DNA of 64,000 nt from Candidatus Latescibacterota bacterium (GTDB taxonomy: Bacteria > Latescibacterota > CBDEFO01), in assembly GCA_965237525.1 (NCBI GenBank), contig CBDEFO010000008.1, positions 960,001 to 1,024,000 on the forward strand, read 5' to 3'. Position numbers and translations under genes: made by a program. Under the pieces are notes generated by a model. It ran no database searches and was not told the origin of the DNA. It saw only the letters and a program-made list of their open reading frames with translations. Every line of letters starts with the position of its first letter. Positions within the stretch are counted from its first letter, which is position 1. This document shows, piece by piece, positions 1 through 10,886 of the stretch.

Positions 1-151
1 CCTGTTCTTCAAACAGCTCCTATTCCTTGCTGACCAGAACTCTGATAAGACTATTTTGCTTATTCCACAGCAAAACGATACGATATGCTACTCTTTGACC
101 CATAATCGGCGCTTCAGACGCTGCCTGGGACATAACTATTTCACAAGGCTT
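1..151 (+). mobile_element. 3' end of IS1182-family element (copy A, cut by window edge)
   Basis: Reverse complement of 7302-7452; ends in terminal repeat TTTCACAAGGCTT followed by CTAA. Confidence 0.9.
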
Positions 152-286
152 CTAATGCACCCAGAAAGATTATTTTCATCTTCGGAATTTGAGGTGCGAC
201 AGAGAGAATTGGACAGACAAAGAGCGGGAAGGCTAGAACAATATGGTGGATTGCACAAAGATATCAGAACCGTCTTTCAAAAGTAA
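152..286 (+). pseudogene. Possible C-terminal remnant of a gene interrupted by IS copy A
   Basis: Open frame (LMHPERLF...TVFQK*) begins at the IS junction; no recognisable family. Confidence 0.3.
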
Positions 287-317
287 ATCATAGTAAAAGG
301 TAATACTACAACATTGA

Positions 318-355
318 TCCCCGACCCCCGATTGATTCTATCGGGGGCAATCGGG
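318..355. repeat. Hairpin repeat family A, nested copy
   Basis: TCCCCGA[CCCCCGAT-TGATTCT-ATCGGGGG]CAATCGGG. Confidence 0.85.
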
Positions 356-422
356 CAAAGTGAAATATTTCTGGTTATTCCCTCGTAGGACATAAAAGGC
401 ACCTTTACAAAAGAGAAACGGT

Positions 423-1859
423 ATGAGAGTCAAATTCCTATTTTTGGTAATTCCTCTCTTGACCGCGGCCTGCGCATCGGCGCCGAAGACACAGAATCCC
501 AATCTCAGGGTTACAACCCCCGATCGGTGGACTGCCGCTGTCAACACGGAAATGCCCGGCGACACCCTCTGGTGGTCCCATTTCGGCGATCCTCAATTAG
601 AGGAACTGGTGACCGAGGCCCTAACCTATAACTACAACCTGCAGATCGCTGCCGCCCGACTTTATGCTGCTTCTGCACAGGCTCGTATTGCCGGTGCTCC
701 GTTGCTGCCTCAGGCCGGACTGAACTTTAACGCCTACCGGCGTCGGCAGAACTTCATCGGATTTCCTATCCCGGGTAGGAGGGGTGTTCTAACTTCGATC
801 TCGAACAGCTTTGGCGTCTCTCTGGACACAAGCTGGGAGGTGGATCTGTGGGGTCGGCTGGGTGCGCAAAAATCGGCTGCCCTGGCGGATCTGCAGGCGT
901 CTCAGGCAGACCTGAGAGCCGCCAAGCTTTCACTTGCTGGTCAGACCTCCAAGGTGTGGTTTGCGGCCATCGAAGCCAGGAGCCAGGTGGAGCTTGCCCG
1001 GGCGACGGTTGAGAACTTCCGTACCTCCAGCCAGCAGGTGCGAGTCCGCTACGAACGCGGACTGCGCCCCTCGCTGGATCTGCGCCTTTCGCTTTCTAAT
1101 GTGGCCACAGCCGAAGCCACCCTACAGCAGAGGCAAGAACGACTGGATAACGTGCGGCGCCAACTCGAACTGTTGTTAGGGCGCTATCCCGCCGCGGCCA
1201 TCGCAGTGGGAGAAGAACTCCCACAGGTTCCTGATAGTGTCCCTGCTGGTCTACCGGCAGACCTGGTGGCGCGCCGTCCGGACTTGATTGCGGCCGAGCG
1301 TCAACTCGCCGCTGCCGATGCCCGCCTGGCCCAGGCCCGTGCTGCACTCTATCCCAGAGTTAGTCTAACATCCTCTGGGGGCACTGCCAGTAACGAACTG
1401 AGCGATCTTTTGAACGGAGACTTTGCGGTCTGGAATCTGGTCAGCAACTTGGTACAGCCTCTCTTTCAGGGAGGTCGCCTGCGGGCCGGCGTCGATCTTG
1501 CCAATGCTCAATCCGAAGGGGCACTGGCACTATACGCGGAGAGCGCCCTCAGGGCATACGCCGAGGTGGAGGCTGCTTTGGCGGACGAAGGATTCCTGGT
1601 CAAGCAGCAAGATGCTTTGGAAACTGCTGCCGAGCAGGCCTTAGCCGCACGCAGGCTTGCTGAGGATCGGTACGCCAGTGGCCTGACCGATCTCATCACT
1701 ATGCTCGAGTCACAAAGGCGTGCCTTTGAGGCCGAAAGCCAACTGCTCGCCGTCCGCCGAGGACGGCTGGATGCCCGTATTGACCTTTATTTAGCTCTCG
1801 GCGGAGGTTTCGTAACTGATTCTGCAGAACTACTTGATACGGGGGCTAATACACCATGA
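423..1859 (+). CDS. Efflux outer-membrane factor lipoprotein (NodT/OprM/TolC family)
   Basis: Lipobox LTAAC, WWxxFGDPQL, SWEVDLWGR, RRPDL motifs. Confidence 0.95.
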   Translation: MRVKFLFLVIPLLTAACASAPKTQNPNLRVTTPDRWTAAVNTEMPGDTLWWSHFGDPQLEELVTEALTYNYNLQIAAARLYAASAQARIAGAPLLPQAGLNFNAYRRRQNFIGFPIPGRRGVLTSISNSFGVSLDTSWEVDLWGRLGAQKSAALADLQASQADLRAAKLSLAGQTSKVWFAAIEARSQVELARATVENFRTSSQQVRVRYERGLRPSLDLRLSLSNVATAEATLQQRQERLDNVRRQLELLLGRYPAAAIAVGEELPQVPDSVPAGLPADLVARRPDLIAAERQLAAADARLAQARAALYPRVSLTSSGGTASNELSDLLNGDFAVWNLVSNLVQPLFQGGRLRAGVDLANAQSEGALALYAESALRAYAEVEAALADEGFLVKQQDALETAAEQALAARRLAEDRYASGLTDLITMLESQRRAFEAESQLLAVRRGRLDARIDLYLALGGGFVTDSAELLDTGANTP

Positions 1860-3097
1860 ACAGAAAATTAAAGATTATCCTTCCACTCGTTGTCCTCGCT
1901 CTGGGAATTGTGGGCTTAATAGTGTTAGTTAAAGCTCGGACGGCTGTCGAATCCCGACCAGCAGCAGTCCCCGCACCGCTGGTTCGGCTTCTCACCGTGC
2001 AACGCCAGAACCTTCAACTGAGGGTTCGCTCGCAAGGGAGCGTTACTCCTCGCACCGAAAGCACCCTGATCTCTCAGGTATCTGGACGCGTGATCGCTGT
2101 ATCTCCGGCATTTGCTGCGGGTGGCTTCTTTGAGTCCGGTGACCTCTTAGTCACCATCGACCCAAGTGACTACGAACTGGCGTTAGTGCGCGCGCAGGCA
2201 CAGGTAGCGCAGGGGAGGCTACGCCTGGCGTGGGAGAAAGAAGAGGCAGACGTAGCCCGCCATGAATGGGAGCTCCTGGGACAGGGAAAGGCTCACCCGT
2301 TGGTCTTACGACGCCCTCAATTAGCACAGGCCCGAGCTGACCTGGCCGCTGCCCAAGCTGTCTTGCAGCAGACCCAACTCGATCTGGAGCGCACCGAGAT
2401 CCGCGCGCCGTACGCCGGCCGAGTCCGCACAAAGAGCGTTGACGTCGGCCAATTTGTAAACCGAGGTGCACCTTCAGCGAAAATCTACGCAGTCGATTAC
2501 GCCGAGGTCCGACTGCCTATTCCCGATGATCAGCTCGCCTTTTTGGACCTGCCGCTCGACTTTCGAGGAGATACAGCACACCGCCGCGGTCCGGAAGTCA
2601 TCCTGAGTTCGACCTTTGCCGGCCGTCAGCACAGTTGGACAGGCCACATCGTGCGCCTCGAGGGAGAGATTGACCCGAAAAGCCACATGGTCCACGCCGT
2701 CGCGCGGGTCGAAAACCCCTACGGCCGCGGCGACGAACCCCAAAGGCCTCCGTTAGCTGTGGGCCTCTTTGTGGAGGCTGAAATCATTGGCCGACTGGTT
2801 GAAGATGTAACCGTGGTGCCGCGTGGAGCGATGCGGAGTCACAACCAGATCCTGGTCGTCGATGATGAAAACCGGCTCCACTTCCGCACTGTCGAGGTCC
2901 TACGCGCCGATAAGAAGGAAGTGGTAATCCGCTCGGGACTGACCTGCCAAGAGCGTGTCTGCCTATCTCCGCTGGACGCTGTGACGGACGGAATGCGGGT
3001 GCGCACTATGTCCGATGAATCCCCTATTGAATCTATAGGGGATGAACCTATGGGAGATGAGGATGCCTCTGCTGTGATCCGAGGGGTTGCAAGATGA
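1856..3097 (+). CDS. RND efflux periplasmic adaptor (membrane fusion protein)
   Basis: N-terminal TM, lipoyl halves (VSGRV, IRAPYAGRV), coiled hairpin; ATGA overlap with the OMF gene. Confidence 0.95.
   Translation: MNRKLKIILPLVVLALGIVGLIVLVKARTAVESRPAAVPAPLVRLLTVQRQNLQLRVRSQGSVTPRTESTLISQVSGRVIAVSPAFAAGGFFESGDLLVTIDPSDYELALVRAQAQVAQGRLRLAWEKEEADVARHEWELLGQGKAHPLVLRRPQLAQARADLAAAQAVLQQTQLDLERTEIRAPYAGRVRTKSVDVGQFVNRGAPSAKIYAVDYAEVRLPIPDDQLAFLDLPLDFRGDTAHRRGPEVILSSTFAGRQHSWTGHIVRLEGEIDPKSHMVHAVARVENPYGRGDEPQRPPLAVGLFVEAEIIGRLVEDVTVVPRGAMRSHNQILVVDDENRLHFRTVEVLRADKKEVVIRSGLTCQERVCLSPLDAVTDGMRVRTMSDESPIESIGDEPMGDEDASAVIRGVAR
3020..3042. repeat. Hairpin family A inside MFP coding region (SPIESIG)
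   Basis: TCCCCTAT-TGAATCT-ATAGGGGA; GATGAA direct repeat at 3014-3019 and 3041-3046. Confidence 0.8.
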
Positions 3098-6000
3098 ATC
3101 GCGCCATCGCCTGGTTTGCCGAAAACAGTGTCTCTGCAAACCTCCTTATGTTTCTGATCTTGGGGGGCGGTCTTTGGACCGCTATGAGCCTTAAGCAGGA
3201 GATCTTCCCCGAGTTCTCGTCCGATCTTATTACGGTCTCCGTAGTCTATCTCGGCGCCGCTCCTGAAGAGGTAGAAGAAGGTGTCTGCATACGCATTGAG
3301 GAGGAGATACAGAGCCTTGAGGGCATTAAGCGCATCACCTCCACCGCCGTGGAGGGTGTCGGTGTTGTAACGGTGGAACTTTTGCCTGGAGTTGATACTC
3401 GCAAGCTCCTTGACGACATCAAGAACCGAGTTGACGCTATCGATACCTTCCCTGAAGAGACCGAGAAACCGGTTATCCAGGAGGTAATAGTTCGCCGCCA
3501 AGTCATAAACGTTGCCATCTTGGGCAATGCCGATGAGGTAACGCTCAAATACCTCGGCGAACGAGTTCGGGACGAGATCGCCGCCCTGCCCGGGATAACC
3601 CAGGTGGAACTCTCAAACGCCCGGCCGTATGAGATCTCCATCGAGGTCTCCGAAGATGCTCTGCAGCGCTACGGCCTCACCTTCGATGAGGTCGTCCGTG
3701 CGGTGCGCCGCTCGTCTTTGGACCTTCCGGGAGGGTCTGTGAAGACTTCAGGAGGCGAGATACTGCTGCGCACCAAGGGTCAGGCCTACCGAGGACCCGA
3801 ATTTGATGAGCTTGTCCTCCGCTCCTTCCCGGACGGCACACGACTCAGATTGGGCGACGTCGCACAGGTCGTGGACGGCTTTGCTGACACCGATCAGTCT
3901 GCGCGTTTCGACAGCAAGCCTTCTGTTATGGTGCAGGTCTTCCGGGTCGGGGAAGAGAATGCATTAGAGATCGCCGAAGCGATCAAGGACTATGTCAGCC
4001 AGGCTCAGCCCCGCATGCCTGAAGGGATTACTCTGACTATCTGGCAGGACTTTTCAAGGATCCTTAGGGGCAGGCTCGACCTGCTGATCCGCAACGGCCG
4101 GGCGGGTCTGGTTTTGGTCTTCCTCTCTTTAGCTCTCTTTTTGCGGCTGCGCCTCGCCTTCTGGGTCGCACTGGGGATTCCGATCTCCTTCCTGGGAGCC
4201 ATCTGGCTGATGCCGACCTTCGACGTCTCGATCAATCTCATCTCGCTTTTTGCCTTCATCGCTGTGCTCGGAATCGTCGTCGACGACGCCATCGTCATCG
4301 GTGAGAACATCTACACGCATCAGCAGAGAGGCAAAAAGGGCCTGCGCGCCGCTGTCGACGGTGCCCAGGAGTTAGCAATGCCGGTGATCTTCGCGGTTAT
4401 GACCACAGTAGCGGCCTTTGCTCCCCTATTGAGCGTGCCGGGGAACATGGGCAAGATTATGAAGTTCATTCCGCTCATCGTGATCCCCACCCTTTTATTT
4501 TCCCTTGTGGAGTCGCTGTTCATCTTGCCCGCACATCTGTCTCACTCCCGGTCGAAGGGACATCCGGATCCGTCTCGGGGCATACGCGGCATCTGGGGGA
4601 GATTCCAGGAGGGCTTCGCGGGAAAGTTGCGGCGCTTCATCGACACGGTCTACCGGCCTATTTTAGAGCTGGGCCTGCGCTGGCGTTATCTTACACTTGC
4701 TATCGGCGTGTCCATCTTACTTATCACTTTCGGTCTGGTCGGCGGCGGCTGGATCAAGTTCCTCTTTTTCCCGAATGTGGATGCGGCTAACGTAGTTGCT
4801 CTCTTGACTATGCCGCAGGGGACGCCTGTCGAGGTCACAGCCGATGCCGTGCGCCGCCTTGAAGAGAGTGCCCAGAAGCTGCGCAAAGAACTCGAAGCCG
4901 AAGGCGGCGGAATACACCACGGAGTCTTCCGCCACGTCCTGGCTTCTATCGGTGAACACCCCTTTAGCGCAAGTCAGAGCCCTCCGGGCCAAAGCACCAG
5001 CTCCTTTTCAGGCGCCCATCTCGGAGAAGTCAACATCGAACTGGCCCCTTCTGAGGAGCGGAGCATCACCAGTCCCGAGATCGCCAGCCGCTGGCGCAAC
5101 CTTACCGGCCCTATCCCCGACGCTCAGGAGCTGACCTTCACCTCGTCTCTCTTCTCCACCGGCGAGGCCATCAACATCCAGCTTGCTGTCCCCGATAGAT
5201 TCAATCGGGGATTAGACTACGATCAGTTGAAGGTAGTGGCGGACGAACTTAAGAGAAGGTTGAACAACTATTCCGGCGTCATCGACATTAGAGACTCCTT
5301 CCGACCCGGCAAACAGGAGGTCGAACTCTCCATCACGCCTGCCGCTGAGGCTTTAGGTCTTTCCCTTTCTGATCTTGCGCGCCAGGTGCGACAAGCCTTC
5401 TACGGAGAAGAGGCACAACGCATCCAGCGCGGCCGCGACGACATCCGGGTAATGGTCCGTTACCCGGCCGATGGTCGGCGCTCCCTCGGCGACCTGGAAA
5501 ACATGCGTATCCGAACTCCCTCCGGCGGGGAGGTTCCCTTTTCCGTTGCGGCAACCGCCAAACTCGGGCGCGGCTATGCTGCCATTCAACGCACTGACCG
5601 CCGGCGCACCGTCAACGTCACAGCCGATGTAGATCACAGCAAGGCCAATGCAAATGAGATATTAGCCGATCTTACCGGTTCGGCCCTGCCTAAGCTGCTC
5701 GCAGACCATCCTGGGATCAGCTACTCCCTCGAAGGCGAACAGCGGGAGCAGAGCGAAACTTTAGATGGCTTAAAACACGGCTTTGGGATCGCCCTGCTGA
5801 TGATCTATGCCCTTTTGGCTGTTCCCTTCCGCTCCTACATACAGCCTTTAATCGTTATGGCCGCTATCCCCTTCGGCATGGTCGGAGCGATATGGGGACA
5901 CATCATAATGGGAATGGACCTGACCATCCTGTCGATGTTCGGGATCGTTGCGCTTACAGGTGTGGTGGTGAGCGACAGTTTGATCATGGTCGATTTTGTC

Positions 6001-6315
6001 AACCGCACACGGGCGGATGGAACCCCCATAGAGAAGGCACTTCGGCAGGCAGGTGTGGCTCGCTTCCGTCCCATCTTGCTAACATCCTTAACCACCTTTG
6101 CCGGACTCACGCCGCTGTTGTTAGAGAGGAGCCTGCAGGCGCAGTTCCTTATCCCCATGGCCATCTCCCTCGGGTTCGGAGTCCTGTTCGCGACCTTTAT
6201 TACCCTGTTGCTCGTCCCCGTAGGCTACTTCATCCTTGAGGATCTCAAGCACCTGGGCGCAAGGCTACTCGGGAGGCAGGATGAAGTTGAGGAAGAGATA
6301 GAACAGGTGGCGTAG
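3094..6315 (+). CDS. RND efflux permease (AcrB/AcrD/AcrF family)
   Basis: 1073 aa, GIVVDDAIVIGEN and RFRPILLTSLTT motifs. Confidence 0.95.
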   Translation: MNRAIAWFAENSVSANLLMFLILGGGLWTAMSLKQEIFPEFSSDLITVSVVYLGAAPEEVEEGVCIRIEEEIQSLEGIKRITSTAVEGVGVVTVELLPGVDTRKLLDDIKNRVDAIDTFPEETEKPVIQEVIVRRQVINVAILGNADEVTLKYLGERVRDEIAALPGITQVELSNARPYEISIEVSEDALQRYGLTFDEVVRAVRRSSLDLPGGSVKTSGGEILLRTKGQAYRGPEFDELVLRSFPDGTRLRLGDVAQVVDGFADTDQSARFDSKPSVMVQVFRVGEENALEIAEAIKDYVSQAQPRMPEGITLTIWQDFSRILRGRLDLLIRNGRAGLVLVFLSLALFLRLRLAFWVALGIPISFLGAIWLMPTFDVSINLISLFAFIAVLGIVVDDAIVIGENIYTHQQRGKKGLRAAVDGAQELAMPVIFAVMTTVAAFAPLLSVPGNMGKIMKFIPLIVIPTLLFSLVESLFILPAHLSHSRSKGHPDPSRGIRGIWGRFQEGFAGKLRRFIDTVYRPILELGLRWRYLTLAIGVSILLITFGLVGGGWIKFLFFPNVDAANVVALLTMPQGTPVEVTADAVRRLEESAQKLRKELEAEGGGIHHGVFRHVLASIGEHPFSASQSPPGQSTSSFSGAHLGEVNIELAPSEERSITSPEIASRWRNLTGPIPDAQELTFTSSLFSTGEAINIQLAVPDRFNRGLDYDQLKVVADELKRRLNNYSGVIDIRDSFRPGKQEVELSITPAAEALGLSLSDLARQVRQAFYGEEAQRIQRGRDDIRVMVRYPADGRRSLGDLENMRIRTPSGGEVPFSVAATAKLGRGYAAIQRTDRRRTVNVTADVDHSKANANEILADLTGSALPKLLADHPGISYSLEGEQREQSETLDGLKHGFGIALLMIYALLAVPFRSYIQPLIVMAAIPFGMVGAIWGHIIMGMDLTILSMFGIVALTGVVVSDSLIMVDFVNRTRADGTPIEKALRQAGVARFRPILLTSLTTFAGLTPLLLERSLQAQFLIPMAISLGFGVLFATFITLLLVPVGYFILEDLKHLGARLLGRQDEVEEEIEQVA
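5189..5211. repeat. Hairpin family A inside RND permease (VPDRFNR)
   Basis: TCCCCGAT-AGATTCA-ATCGGGGA, frame preserved. Confidence 0.85.
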
Positions 6316-6331
6316 AAATTGTCCGGATTGA

Positions 6332-6373
6332 TCCCGGATTGAACCCCCAATAGATTCAATTGGGGGTCGGGGA
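6332..6373. repeat. Hairpin family A, nested copy between convergent genes
   Basis: Inner CCCCCAAT-AGATTCA-ATTGGGGG (6344-6366) within outer TCCCGGATTGAA...TCGGGGA. Confidence 0.85.
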
Positions 6374-6466
6374 TTGAAATAGAAACAGCGACCGTGACGG
6401 ACTCTTTACGCCCATTCGGTCGCTGTTGAGTTTAATGTCCTCCGGAAGACCTATCTTCCGTGCAGA

Positions 6467-8853
6467 TTATAGATTGATTCCTGCTTTTGATGATTTTGCT
6501 ATAAGATAGTTGATGAATCCTGAACAGGTGACTAACATAAACTTTGCATCTTCAAAATCCAGCTTAGTCTCGTCCAACAGATTATGACGTATTCCGTCCG
6601 CCTCACTCGTATATCCATACAGATTATCAAATGCTTTCTTCAAAGCAGGATGCAGTTCTATTTTGTTTTCTATTTCTTTTAGGGCTTTCCCTAGTGTCGC
6701 CTTAGGGTCATTCGCTATTAATTTGCAAATTGCCTCAACAGCACTTATAGACTCCTTCATAGAATTCCTGTAATCAGGAGATTGTCTATCTGCAAGCAGT
6801 TTCAATGCTGTTTCCAAGTGGATACTAACGGGCTTTAGCGGTATCTGCAACGCCTGATCTATTTCAGAGATTTCTTCTTCTGATGTTAATGGGGTAATGT
6901 TCCCTCCAACAAAACGATATGCGGATAGTTCCTGCTTCAACACAGAATTACAAGCATTCATAAACTTGGAGTTTAAAGAGACGGAAGGATGTGTATTAGC
7001 AACAAATTCTATAAAATCATAAACCTTGCACCATTCGCAACTAAAGAAATATTCTCTTATTCTTTTGTAAGTTTAGACCAATAATCTTCTAGGGTATCTA
7101 AAGGCCACTTAAGACAGCTATGCCATAATTGCCTTACCAAATGATTCATATTCCTGTTACAATCAAGGGACAGAAAGGGACCTGTAATATGACCACGGAC
7201 GCCCTCTTTTACCAGACCCCAATAAAAACCTGTTAAAGCATTCCACAGACAATTTCTCAGCTCGTTATCTATAGAATCAACTTGTATATTCTTAACCTTA
7301 AAAGCCTTGTGAAATAGTTATGTCCCAGGCAGCGTCTGAAGCGCCGATTATGGGTCAAAGAGTAGCATATCGTATCGTTTTGCTGTGGAATAAGCAAAAT
7401 AGTCTTATCAGAGTTCTGGTCAGCAAGGAATAGGAGCTGTTTGAAGAACAGGATGCACTGTCTTTGACAGACAGGGCACACATAGACGCTTTCCCCCTTC
7501 TTATGAAAGATACAAGCCTCTTGAGATTCTGTACTGTTGCAACAAGATTCAACTGTTCATTCAGTGAGGCTGGTCCTCTATAACGGGCTCGTCCCATACC
7601 GTGTTGTTGCCTGGCTTCAGCAAAGATATGTTCACTGCGTTTACGGAGTCTCCGGGAGAGTTTGTAGTCAGCTGTTAATGAGATAGACCGTGCATGATTT
7701 CTGGCTTTCGCCTCTCGCACTTTTCTATCCCGTTCGGCCTGAATATGTGCTGGATTTGTCTTGTTTTTCCATGTAGGAATCGGTTCAATCTTCTCATCGG
7801 CTCGCAGAGGAATATGGGGTATGATTCCCCGGTCAAGTACATCAGCGATAAAATTACCAGAACCGTAACCGGTATCGGCACTAAGTGTCTGAATGTCTTT
7901 GGGCATGATGTATGTTTCAAGGTCATCTACCATCTTAAGGGCACTTTCGGGCTCTGCTGTCCCTGTCGCCTGCGTGCCCTGAGTCTCAAGGATTACTCTG
8001 CTTTTTGTGTCGATCAGATCATGGCCCATAAACGAGAGAAAAGCCCCTTTGCCCTTCGATTTGCTGTATAAGCGCGCGTCGGGGTCTGTAGTCGAACGGT
8101 GTGTTTGGTGTCGTCCACTTTTCACCATGAAAGTCTTTATCCTGAGGATGCCCGGACCTACCCTTTGTCTTATCACCTTCAAAACCGATTCCCTTGAGAT
8201 AATCATCAAGAGAAACAGGGGGTTCTATCGGCTCAATACTTTTCACTGAAGCATCAGCTTGTATCTGAGTGCCGTCGACACTAAGGTGTTTACCGCTCAC
8301 AACACCGACATCTATGCAACACTGGACTACCTGACGCATTATCCGTTCAAACAACCCACTGGATGCCCACTTGTGATTGCGAAGCTTGTTGATCGTGCTC
8401 CTATCCGGAACCGCATCATCAAATGTCTGATGACAAAACAACCGATATGCCGCATGCATCCCCACTTCCTGACAGAGCCGATTCTCACTCAAATTATACA
8501 GATAGCCAATAAGGATCATTCGAACAACTAATTCAGGATCAATACCGGGTCTGCCATTGTCAGGGCAATAACAATCTGATACAACGTCTCGTACAAATGA
8601 AAAATCAACTGCCTCATCAATCTGACGAAGGATATGATCCTCGGGAACTAAATCCTCCATCTGAAAATAGTGAAACATCGGATTTGTCTGTTCCTGCTTT
8701 TGTGGGGTCATTGTTTCCTCCATGTATAATATTATCAATAACATAATATAATACATCGGAACTGCTTTATCAATGCTTGTTCTATACTACTTTCTGAATC
8801 TAAGGGTTTTTCACAAGGCTTTTAATACCTTCTCTTTGAGAAAATAACATCAT
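6467..8853 (-). pseudogene. AbiJ-NTD4-type / HEPN-like abortive-infection protein, disrupted by IS1182 and a frameshift
   Basis: Removing the IS and one TTAA joins MMLFSQREGIK to VKNIQVDSIDNELRNCLWN; frameshift near 7072-7074; C-terminal part has ESISAVE and YGYTSEADGIRH. Confidence 0.8.
7302..8821 (-). mobile_element. IS1182-family IS (copy B, 1520 bp), transposase frameshifted near 8110
   Basis: Terminal IR AAGCCTTGTGAAA; TTAA duplication at 7298-7301 and 8822-8825; LVPEDHILR, GRPGIDP, VDGTQI, STTDPDA, ADTGYG motifs. Confidence 0.92.
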
Positions 8854-8936
8854 TTTCCTTCCCTTTTATAGTTCCCCAAGGCACTCGATTTCATCCAAAT
8901 AAATTGTGTCCTCTAAATTCAAAGTTCTCCGACCCC

Positions 8937-9578
8937 TCAATATCTATCTTTTCTGGACAATTTACTGGTAAGCTCATGTCCCAAAGATGTAGCCACCCAT
9001 CTTGTGGCGTAGAGGTCCCGTCCCGGATGCGAGTACCTGCACCGAGTCCACCCGATAGTCTTTCCGCTTTGCAGGTGGATCAGTGAAACATCTATCACAT
9101 TCTCCCGAGGCGACATCATCCCTCCCTGAACCCTCCAAGAACAGAGCAGAACGGCATCAAGACCCATCAGATTCGACAACGCCTTTAGATTGTTCCATCC
9201 CCAAAGATCGACTATGACGTGCAGCTTCAAATTATTGGGACCAAAAGTGCCCACAAGCGGAGCAAATACATCTCTCGTACGCTCTATCTGCGCTCGTCCT
9301 GCCAACTCGAATCCGTAATCCAGATAATTTGCAAGATAGACCGGTATACGGTCGGCTAAGGTCAGGTGGTCAGCGTTCCTGGGATCGCTCGGAAGGATGC
9401 CGATGTAAGAGGGCAGTTGGTAGGTGCTGTCCATCCACGTCTCGATAAATATGCCGCTATTGTGAAGCCGTGCCAGTTCCTCTTCATACGAGAGCTTCTG
9501 CTTCGACGAGCCGCACGAGGAGGAGAGCGCACATATAAATAACCCCAGAACGGATAGTATTATAAATCTTATTTTCAT
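8937..9578 (-). CDS. Hypothetical lipoprotein
   Basis: MKIRFIIL...LSSSC signal peptide with Cys; start moved to ATG at 9578. Confidence 0.6.
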   Translation of the reverse strand: MKIRFIILSVLGLFICALSSSCGSSKQKLSYEEELARLHNSGIFIETWMDSTYQLPSYIGILPSDPRNADHLTLADRIPVYLANYLDYGFELAGRAQIERTRDVFAPLVGTFGPNNLKLHVIVDLWGWNNLKALSNLMGLDAVLLCSWRVQGGMMSPRENVIDVSLIHLQSGKTIGWTRCRYSHPGRDLYATRWVATSLGHELTSKLSRKDRY

Positions 9579-9592
9579 CTGGATGCTCTTGA

Positions 9593-9614
9593 GGGCAGAC
9601 ACATGGGTCTGCCC
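9593..9614. repeat. REP-like palindrome
   Basis: GGGCAGAC-ACATGG-GTCTGCCC; near-identical copy at 49432. Confidence 0.7.
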
Positions 9615-9647
9615 CGACTGCCTTAGCCTTTCCCTGTCTACTGTCTA

Positions 9648-10886
9648 CTATTCTGGTGTGCCGCGCATCACGCATCCTAAGGCATAATTATCATCAAAAT
9701 TTTCCTCACCTACCCTCGACACATCCTCTATGGACACGTCATCTATCAACTTAGGATACTCATCCACAAAGCCGTATCCCAGTCCGAAATGTTCGTAGTG
9801 CGCCAAAAGAGAGGCCTGACTGCTGTTCCCCTCTTGACCCATGATAAATGTCCCTTTAAGATAGGTCTTAGAAAGCCTTAGTTCCTCATCAGTAACAGGC
9901 AGAGAGGCGATCTTTTTTATCTCCTGTAGAATCCCATCTTTCGCCTCCTCAAACTGATCCACACTCGTCCCTATATACGACACAAACAGGCTCGGACCCG
10001 GCCTTGCCGCATACATGGACCCCACCTGATACGCCAGACCCCTTTTGTCCCTCAACTCCACAAAGAGCCTGGAATTCATAGAACCGCCTATCACTCCGTT
10101 TAATACCTCCATAGCGGCGTAGTTGTCGTCCGTTATCCTCGGAGCGTTATATCCTATGCCGATCCACGCCGCCTGACTCTCCCTCTCCTTAAATAGGGCC
10201 GCGGGTTCCACTCGACGAGGCACTTCTGTGTCCATCCCTTCAGGTTTTTCGGGTGAAGTTTTCACGTCGAACCTCTTTTGTACTTCTCCGACTAATTCTT
10301 CGGCATCCAAATTTCCTACCGCAGAAAATATCATATTCCCCGGCACATAGTGCTTGCGGAAGAATGGTTCGATGTCCGCCCTTTCAAATCTCTTAACTGT
10401 CTCAGGATAACCCAAAAGTGGCTTGTGATAGGGGTGTACCCCGTAGTGGACTTCCGCTAAAAGCTCCATAGCCTTTGACATTAGCTGATCCTCTTTTGCC
10501 GCTATCTCTAAAAGCGTCTGTTCCTTTTCTTTGTCCACTTCATCTGAGGGGAACGTGGGATTCAGGAGGACATCGAACAGGAGATCCAGACCCACATCCA
10601 GTCCCTGAGTCGTGCACAAAAGATACACGCTCCCGGAATCCCTTGAAGCGGAGGAGGATAATTTGATCCCTGCCGAATCTATCTGGTTCATCAATTCCTC
10701 GGCGCTCCTGTTTTCCGTCCCCTTCAAAAGCACACTCTGAGTCAGATTCGAAAGACCCGCCTCTTCGTCACTTTCGTAGGAACTACCCATTCCCACTAAC
10801 ACTGACAGCGCGATTATATCGTTAGCCTTTGACTCCTTCGTCAGCACCTTCAAACCGCTATCCAAAGTTACAAGCTCAGCTCCCAT
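9648..10886 (-). CDS. M16 (pitrilysin-family) peptidase, non-catalytic subunit
   Basis: SRLFVELRDKRGLAY motif; HxxEH absent. Confidence 0.9.
   Translation of the reverse strand: MGAELVTLDSGLKVLTKESKANDIIALSVLVGMGSSYESDEEAGLSNLTQSVLLKGTENRSAEELMNQIDSAGIKLSSSASRDSGSVYLLCTTQGLDVGLDLLFDVLLNPTFPSDEVDKEKEQTLLEIAAKEDQLMSKAMELLAEVHYGVHPYHKPLLGYPETVKRFERADIEPFFRKHYVPGNMIFSAVGNLDAEELVGEVQKRFDVKTSPEKPEGMDTEVPRRVEPAALFKERESQAAWIGIGYNAPRITDDNYAAMEVLNGVIGGSMNSRLFVELRDKRGLAYQVGSMYAARPGPSLFVSYIGTSVDQFEEAKDGILQEIKKIASLPVTDEELRLSKTYLKGTFIMGQEGNSSQASLLAHYEHFGLGYGFVDEYPKLIDDVSIEDVSRVGEENFDDNYALGCVMRGTPE

Noticed and set aside
7269..7481. Short ORFs repeated at 56, 7269 and 31234
   Set aside because: Alternative-frame readings of the IS1182 end, not independent genes
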